DNA of 60,501 bases, counting the filler, from Bipalium vagum (Eukaryota), in the NCBI GenBank assembly GCA_037834085.1. It is 3 parts of 3 records of this genome, joined end to end, with 100 filler letters (N's around TTAATTAATTAA, not from the genome) between each part and the next. Parts side by side here need not be neighbours in the genome. Positions count along the whole stretch, not along the records: positions 44,241 to 60,501 come from JBBMKC010120059.1; 2 more parts are not named here. One strand, given 5' to 3'. Positions 52,901 through 60,501 of the stretch are shown here, in pieces. Position 1 is the stretch's first letter, and every line of letters starts with the position of its first letter. The translations under genes and the position numbers were made by a program. Under the pieces are notes generated by a model. It was not told where the DNA came from and made no database searches. It worked only from the letters and a program-made list of their open reading frames with translations.

Positions 52901-55900
52901 GAATTCTATAGATTAATGACTTGTATGTAGAACTTTTGGTACGTCTCTCGTATATGGTATAATATGAGAGAGAAAGAACTTGTTATATTGTCATAAATAA
53001 AAGAGAAAATTCTAAATATTATCAAGAAGCCACAAGAATTTGCAATAAAATCAGGAAAATTAAGATTAGAATCTTGGCATTATTGTAAAGGCCTCATAGT
53101 TTTGAAATTTTTTATAATCACCATGAAAGATAAATAAGACGAAAACCAGGAGGATCATTACAGTAATAATAAAATTATACAATAAATGGAAAATTGCTAT
53201 GCATTAGATAAATTCATATTCATGTATCTAGGCGATGATAGATATGGGAGAGAAACATAGGAAGTGCATGTTAAAATAATGTTCATCGATTTTAATCCTC
53301 ATAATTTATAATATTGTAATCATGAAATAATTTTGTTAAAATAATAAAATATAAATAATGGCAGATATTTTGAAAAAACATTTTGAAATTAGTATTTTCT
53401 TTAATGGAGGGATCAGGAGACTTAGGTTTCCATGTTCAGTATAATGGTGCATAGAAAAGGTTTAAGAGTCCCAAAGGAAACCACCACAAGACATTTGTAA
53501 TACGAACAAATGACAAAAGAACTATAATTATTCAGAGATAGATAGAGGAACAGTTGTTGAGGTCATTGAGGAGTAAAGAGATTATGACGTACTGTCAGGA
53601 TATACAGTTAAAAAACGGTAAATGGGGACGAAAAACATTCTTATGAAATTAAAAAAAATCAAATGAGAAAGGAAATGGCTATATAAATTCAATTACTTTC
53701 TGCTTACTCTGGCGCGAACACGGTTTAAGAAGCTGTCTGGAAGTAAAAATCAAAACCAAAAAGAGGAAATATAAGTTATTGTTAGAACAGTAATGTTTTT
53801 TTCCAATTGGATTCAACTTATTTTATATTGAGTTGATTCATAAGTCCGTGCGTTTTTTCTATATAAGCTATAAAAGCAAATTTAAAATATATTATTTGTT
53901 TAAATATTAACAAGTTGCACACCATTTGAAAGCTGAGAAAGAGAGGCGTAAAATACTTTTAATTATATTACGTTATATGTCGTTTATAATTATTCAAAAA
54001 AAAAGCATGGATAAATTAGCAATCCGTATATTTCTGAAACATTACTAGAAGCAGAACCATAGATGCTGCAAAGAAAATATGTGCAGTTGAAGCCGAAAAA
54101 TTAGTGTCCGTAAAACCTGCTCAAAAGTGGTTCAAAAAATTCAACAAGGGTGACATGGACCTCAGTGATTATCCTCGCAGTGGACATGCCACCAATATAG
54201 ATTTGGAAGCTATTGTTAAAGCTGTAGAAATGAATCCATCAAATAGTACGCGTAGATTGTCGGCTAAGACCGGAAAATCACAACCATCTGAGGTTCGTAA
54301 TCTACATCAACATAACAAGCGATACAAGCGCGTTTCTGAAGTACCGTATGATTTGACGCCAAGTCAAGCTAAACGCCGTTTGTCGATCTGTTGTCAATTA
54401 TTAAATAATCCAAATAATGAATGCTTTATACGTCGCATAGTCACGTGCGAAGAAAAATGGATATATTTGTATAATCCGAACAGGAGAAATCAATAGTTGG
54501 AACCAGGCCAGAATCCCAAGGCTGTTCCAAAACAAGATAGGTTCGGAAAAAAGATCATGTTGTGCGTGCGGTGGAACTTTGAGGGGATTATACACTTCTA
54601 AGTACTTCCAGATGGCTAAACCATTAATGCTGAGTTATATTCGGATGTACCAGTAATTAGCCATAAAATATCCTGCTTTAGTCAACAGAAAGCAAGTGCT
54701 TCTGCAACAGGAAATGCTAGTCCGCATACTGTGTGAGTATGCGCAAAATAAAATTATCCAATTTTACCACATTCTGCATTCAGCCCAGGTCTAGCACCAA
54801 GCGATTACCAGCTTTCCCGATCAATGGCTCATTTTCTTAGACGACGAGAGCTTGAGAATATAGAACAGGTTGAAAATAGATGTCATGACAATTTCATTTC
54901 CAAAGATAAAACATGGTACCGGAGTGGCATCGAACAACTTGTCAATCGTTGAATTAAGATAGTTGAACATAATGGTCTTTATTTTTCTGAATAAAATCTG
55001 TTTGACTGCTAGATTTTGATCTCTAAAACATGCATAATATTTTTATAAAAAACTTACGAACTTATGAAATAACCAAATATTAACCATTAGAATCAACAGG
55101 TTTATATTCAATAATTGTAAGATTTTTAAATAATTCATATAATGTTATCGCATAACCGAAATATTCAAACAAATTTAATCAGACCATGTGAGCTCTTTAG
55201 TCTTATAAATAAGAATAATACATTAAAATTTTATACAGGGTGTCTCAAAATAATCCTATCACCTTTTAAAACCAATAAAAGTTGAAGCGAAAACACTTTA
55301 AAAGTTATATTCCAAGACTGGTTAATGCTCTTTCAGAAAATGATCAAGAAATGAGGTAAGTGTTTTGTGAATAGTACGCGGAACAATGAAAACGTGATGT
55401 ACATTTTCCAAGACAAATTATTTTTAATGACGAAGCCAATTTTAAAATAAATGGTTCCATCAATCGGCATAATTCTACTTATTGGATTACCTAAAATTCA
55501 CATATTACCCATCAATGTATTGGGTCACCTTACAAGTGGTAACATTGTGGTGCTGCCTTCCAGATTATCGAGTTAGTTAACCTTCTTTGTTTGACATTAC
55601 AGTAACGAGTGTTAAATACTTACATCTTTTGCAAGAATTTATTATGCATAAAATTAAAGAAGAGTGGAGAAGAAGATTTTTATTTTCAGCAGCATGATGC
55701 ATCAGCACATTACCATCGAGTACTGTGAAAACACCTTGACAATATACTGTCAAACAATTGGATTGGAAAATAAGGTTCAAGGAATTTACTCTTCAATCAC
55801 CAGAACGCCAACTGATATTCTCTTCTAGGGTTATAAGCACAAAGTTTATAGCCAAAAAAATAAATAATTACCTTGACTAAACAATGTAAGCTATTTACTT

Positions 55901-57570
55901 TTAAAAAGTGGTAACATTTTTATGAAACATCATGTTTCCATCTATATTTAAAATTTCATAAAAGATGTTAAAATACTTAATTAAAATTTATATTATTTTA
56001 AAAATTATAATGTTCATAAAGCCATTAAAATATAAATATGATTTTAAAATTAAAAAGTCCCGTAATCTTATTACCCCCCTCATACTAAAATCAAGGAATT
56101 AGAAAACAAACCACTGGGTCCAAGTTCTTACAATTATAAAAATGTAATTCATAAAAATCGAAGGCAAACAAAAATTAAAAGAAAACAATTTTTAAAAATT
56201 GATTATTTTCATCATACCTTTTTGTGATTTTAAAAGTATGATAAACCAATGCCTTAATCATTTTCAGAATCTTTTTAATACTTGAAAACAATCTTCACAA
56301 TGCATTCTCAGAATTTCACCAACATTTTAAATTTGAAAAAAAATATAATTAATAATATTAAAATTAATTTAAATGAAAAATGATATATTATTATTTCTGA
56401 AAATAGAGCTTTTCGTTTGTATTTCTCGAGAAAAATTCATTGAGATTATTTATGGTCATTGCACTTAATATTCACAATCCTCTTAAAAGCTGAAAAATTT
56501 AGGAGAAATGTAAAATATGAGCCTCATTTTTACTACTCTTATGAATATATAAAAATAAATAATTAATTATGATAAATATAAAGAATAATTATAGAATTCT
56601 TCATGTACACGCTTATTAACAAATTAAATCAAAGCTTTATAAACACAATTATTTTTATGAAACATGTTTCGAATTTTTATCAGTTTACCAATCAGCTGTA
56701 TTTTTTAAAAATTGATTTTTTCTAAATTGTTTAAATGCAACAGTAAATACAGCTGCACTCAACATATATCCAGAATTTCCTAATAAAACGAAAATTTTAA
56801 TTAATTATTTATCAAAATTCATTGTGTCTCCTTCAAAGTAGTTCGCAGTCACTGCAGCACCATCATTTTTTTCAATGGTCGAAGAAACTTTTATAAATTA
56901 ATTTCCGGAATGGCCTTCAGGTGTCCTCGCAGATTTTCTTGAATTCATTCGACTGACTTCAGCTGACGAAAAAGGAAGAAGTCACGTGAATCAATATGGT
57001 GCTTGAATAATGGTTGTGGTATGATATTTGGTAAAAATCACGAGTACAAAAGACAGAATGGCCTAACCATCTTTTCCAAAATATTTTTATAAACCTATTT
57101 TGCCATAGTTCCTTTTATTTTGTGCAATTGGTGAACGTTTTCTCCTCCAAAGCATCCCAAAACACTGACTGAATAGCTTTCAAACTTCATTGCACGCACT
57201 AAATCAATTTTTATCGGACCTTTTTGAACACAATTACATAATAAAATCAATATAATATTTTACAAAATTTTCATTTTATAACGAGACTTTATGTCATAAT
57301 ATTTTTTATAAAATCAACAATGCATTTTTCATACCTAACACACGTTTGTAAATTTCGAAGCAAAAGAGTCGTGGCATCAGCAAAAGCCAAAACCCTCATT
57401 AAAAGGTAGGTGGCATTGGAAATTCCAATTCTCGTAAATACCAAAAAATTAATGGAATTTAATGTTGATCCGACAATACAAACAGGAAATTGAAGGTATA
57501 GCAACAGGGCATCAATAAGTTTTTGATGAGAAGTATCATTGGTTTTGTATACTGAACCGTTGGTCTGCAT
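46934..57570 (-). CDS. Rhodopsin-class (class A) GPCR, FMRFamide/peptide-receptor-like, 2 exons, ~392 aa
   Basis: Exon 1 57570-57335 (TM1 [14 protein letters not shown]2 LAFAD; donor AG|gtatga, phase 2) joins exon 2 47876-46934 (ttttcag|A; TM3 ALAIEHY, TM4 INMPFFF, TM5 [17 protein letters not shown]6 FLIGQVP, TM7 SSNFFVY). Intron is 9458 nt. Confidence 0.9.
48003..48960 (+). mobile_element. Degraded mariner in the GPCR intron
   Basis: Terminus TACGCAAGGTGGTGGGAAAATT, decayed transposase and 3' [10 protein letters not shown] shared with the 34265 copy. Confidence 0.65.
50050..50622 (+). mobile_element. 3' part of a mariner element
   Basis: [36 protein letters not shown]. Terminus AAACTTAAAAGACAAGCCTCGTA. 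Confidence 0.75.
51540..52060 (-). mobile_element. Mariner transposase fragment
   Basis: Minus strand [11 protein letters not shown] (WVPHEL-like) and [15 protein letters not shown]. Confidence 0.75.
52080..52953 (-). mobile_element. Degraded mariner element
   Basis: Terminus TACGAGAGACGTACCAAAAGTT. N-terminus [14 protein letters not shown]...[32 protein letters not shown] (HPPYSPDLAP-derived). Confidence 0.7.
53828..55077 (+). mobile_element. Full-length (~1250 bp) mariner element, defective
   Basis: TA|TTGAGTTGATTCATAAGTCCGTGCGTTTTT ... AAAAACTTACGAACTTATGAAATAACCAAA|[53 protein letters not shown]. Confidence 0.92.
55236..55937 (+). mobile_element. Tc1/mariner element, DD41D (rosa/VS)-like, deleted
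   Basis: TA|CAGGGTGTCTCAAAA terminus. [23 protein letters not shown] and [10 protein letters not shown] motifs. Confidence 0.72.
56690..57240 (-). mobile_element. Non-autonomous mariner-like remnant
   Basis: Minus strand [13 protein letters not shown] (HTH start). Terminus CGGACCTTTTTGAACAC. Block gtctccttcaaagtagt resembles 37620-37640. Confidence 0.5.
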
Positions 57571-58149
57571 TTTTGTTTGAATCGATGTATTTGGTTATGT
57601 AGTTGGCAGATATTATAAATATCTGAACGAATAATACACAAGTTATGAATTTGTTTATTTTCTCTATTTATTCAATAGATTTTTTTAAAGATTGTCGAAA
57701 CGTCGTAAACTAAAATTAGAAAATATGTTCTGGCAATATTTAGCTAAAAGAAAAATTGCCAATTAAAATTCAATTTTAATTTTTTTAATTAATATTTGAG
57801 AGTAACAGTTAAAAATATTGCATTTACACCGGGAACAGCGGTGTAATCTGAATGAAAAAGATGTATAATTAAAATGATTTTTCTATTTTAATTTTATAAA
57901 AAATAGAATTTTTTTCCGACTTCAAATTATAAATAAGACATAATGCATTTAAATAATTTGATAATTGCATTTCCGGAATAACCATCACTAAGTAAATATG
58001 AGCAAAAAAATATTATTTATTTTTTTATATAACTACAAAAAAATAATGTCTGGACTGATTATGCACGATTAATTAATTTTTGTAAATCTTATTAGTTAAT
58101 TTTATAATAATACTTATAATATTATTTTAAAATTTTATAATAATATTTA

Positions 58150-58850
58150 ATAATTAATCCAATTACCAAAAGGATGATAGCCAAGTAGGTTTCACATTCA
58201 TTAACAAACGGGAACAAAATTCATAGAGTAACAGTATGCTTACGTCATCTTTCAAATCATTTTTCGACTTAATGATTATTATGATGAAAAATGGATTTCA
58301 TTAATCAATAACAAGCGAAGTCATAATTGGTTGTCACCAAATGATTTCATACCACTCCCTCCAAAAACAATTAATCCTATTTCGAAGATCATGCTTCTTT
58401 GCGTATGGTGAAATGTAACAGATATCATTCACTACGAGTTTCTCGACAAGGGTGACATCGTCAATGGTGGTTTGTATAAAAGGCAGCTGGATACAGTAAA
58501 GGATTTACTACTTCAACAAAAATCAGGTCTAATCATTACAAAAGTATTTTTTTTCGATAAGACCACGTATCGCAAAGCACAACCGAGAGAAAATTGAAGC
58601 ATTAAATTGGGAAATTTTTGTACATCCACCATATTTTCCTGATATTTCTCCTACGGCCTATCATCTTTTTTCCTCCTTAGAAAAAATTTTCGAAACAAAC
58701 AATTCAAAATATAAAAGAAATTGAAGTGGAAATCAATAAATTTTCCTCCTCAACAGACTCTAAATTTTATAAAGATAGTATTTATAAATTTGTTTCACTT
58801 TGGAAAATTGTTATTGCTTATGACAGAAATTATATTAATGAATAAAATTA
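58150..58850 (+). mobile_element. Degraded mariner transposase
   Basis: IMLLCVW*NVTDIIHYEFLDKGDIVNG and HPPYFPDISPTAYHLFSSL. Confidence 0.8.
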
Positions 58851-60430
58851 AATTTAGGTTCATTTATTATTATTATGATTATTATTTTATATTTTTTTAT
58901 TTTTATTATTATTATTTTTGTTATTATTATTACTATTATTCAAATGACCCCAATATATCTGATTACTAAAGTTTTTAATTAATTATCTTGAGGGGTGTGC
59001 CAGTTTTATACGGGAATAATAAATTGTTTTCGTTTACAGGAGTAAGCAACGGATTGATTGAATTACTAAAAAAATTAATAATAAGTAAATAACAATACGT
59101 TCTTAAAATCATTAGAAGCAGCACGGAGAACTTAAAATTTAAATGTAAATATGCTGATAAGTTCCACAATTGTTGTAGTTGTATATCCTCCTTATATTGG
59201 ATATTATTTTTGAGGTTATCATCGATACGTCATCTTCAATGTGTGACATGTTAAATTATTGTTGAACAACATGTTGTAAACGTGCAATTTATTAAAGATC
59301 AGCCTCTTTAGTATCAACCTCTTGCATCAAGAATAATGCTTGGATCCCGAGCATGAATGACTTTGAACGTGCAAAGCGAGAAATTAAAATAAAGAAAAAA
59401 TTAATTGAATTCCAGTGCTTCAAGAATTAATAGCAAAAAGATGAAAAATGTGACACCAGCCCCTTGTTTGGAATTGAAATGACATTGGGCATATAAATTG
59501 GAATATAAAATTATTTTAATGGTGAATTTCGTATTCTTTTTGAAAATAATTTGAATTTTTAACTTATCCAGAATATTTTCGATTTTAATATTTTTTTATT
59601 ATTAATATTTATAATAAATCGTATGAGTGAGCATTTTCATAAATTATTGATGTATTGATATTATCTAATATATTATTAAAGATAAAACATTAATAATAAT
59701 GTATTGATTAATATACATAAACTATGAATAATTAATCATTAATTTTAGTCTAGTAAATAATTTAATAAATATTTTTTATATTACATTTATTTTTCATATA
59801 AAAATTAATTTTTTTATTTTGTTTAAAATAAAAATTTGGAAAATATTTAATATTTTACCCACTTTACATTCCATTAGTGATAGCTATCAAATTTTGGTAA
59901 AACTACAAAGTAAAAATAATTAAAATTTGAAGATAAAAAGAAGAAATAATAGAATATATTTTTAAAAGAAAATCTTCTCTAATAAATAGAAATTAAACGT
60001 CCAAGATGAAAAGGGAATTTTTCTCTCAAATAAAGCATCGTGAAATTTTCTTAGAGACCACTTACAGAATATTTTATCAGACTTGTTATCAGACGTTTAA
60101 CTGCTCAAAAATGACAACAAGAGCTAATTATTTTCGTTTTGAAAAGACGATTTTCTTGAACTGGTGCTCATTTGAACTTGTAAATATTTTGTCAAAATCA
60201 AAAAATCAGCCATGTCCCAAAGCTTTGATTTACTTGATAAAAATGCCTCAAAAAAATTTCCCGAAAAATTCTCTGATCCATATTCGTCCAAGCATTAATT
60301 CTCCACTAAATCTGATTTTCATTTGAATAAATAAAAATATTTGGAAATTTTTTGTTTGAATAAATGATTAACAATTAAATATTTTCTGTAAATATGTATT
60401 TTCAACTTTAGTTTCTTGTTGTAAATTATA

Positions 60431-60432
<2 letters not shown>

Positions 60433-60501
<69 letters not shown>
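60433..60501. repeat. (AAT)n microsatellite running off the window end
   Basis: Direct reading. Confidence 0.97.

Noticed and set aside
58721-58969. Tyr/Phe/Ile-rich short ORFs (also 8762-8989, 19579-19776, 39571-39771)
   Set aside because: Products of (TAT/ATT)n low-complexity DNA with no coding signal.
1-60501. TRPM + neurexin + GPCR as a sensory-neuron gene cluster
   Set aside because: The three genes are on pieces separated by artificial linkers, so adjacency is unsupported.

Overview
This is AT-rich eukaryotic (metazoan) genomic DNA, not prokaryotic. The ~45-55 nt GT-AG introns, (AAT)n microsatellites, dense Tc1/mariner relics and gene content suggest a flatworm, probably a planarian (inference). 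The window is three sequence pieces joined by artificial 100-bp spacers (N44-TTAATTAATTAA-N44 at 21819-21918 and 44141-44240), so cross-piece synteny is not trustworthy. Piece 1 (1-21818) has a complete 9-exon LARP1 gene (+) and a convergent ~30-exon TRPM1/3-like channel gene (-) with an unusually divergent S6 gate and TRP box. Piece 2 (21919-44140) has three small, phase-compatible + strand exons that splice into a neurexin-type LNS/laminin-G domain, separated by transposon-filled introns; the ORF track does not show this gene. Piece 3 (44241-60501) has a two-exon rhodopsin-class peptide-type GPCR (-) with EHY in place of DRY and a 9.5-kb intron full of transposon relics. I found no CRISPR array, rRNA or tRNA, and no convincing new multi-gene system. 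The best leads are the non-canonical TRPM gate, a possible truncating TRPM exon, the hidden neurexin exons, the EHY GPCR, a nested mariner pair and an ATCAAT motif cluster upstream of LARP1. All family assignments come from motif recall, not database searches.
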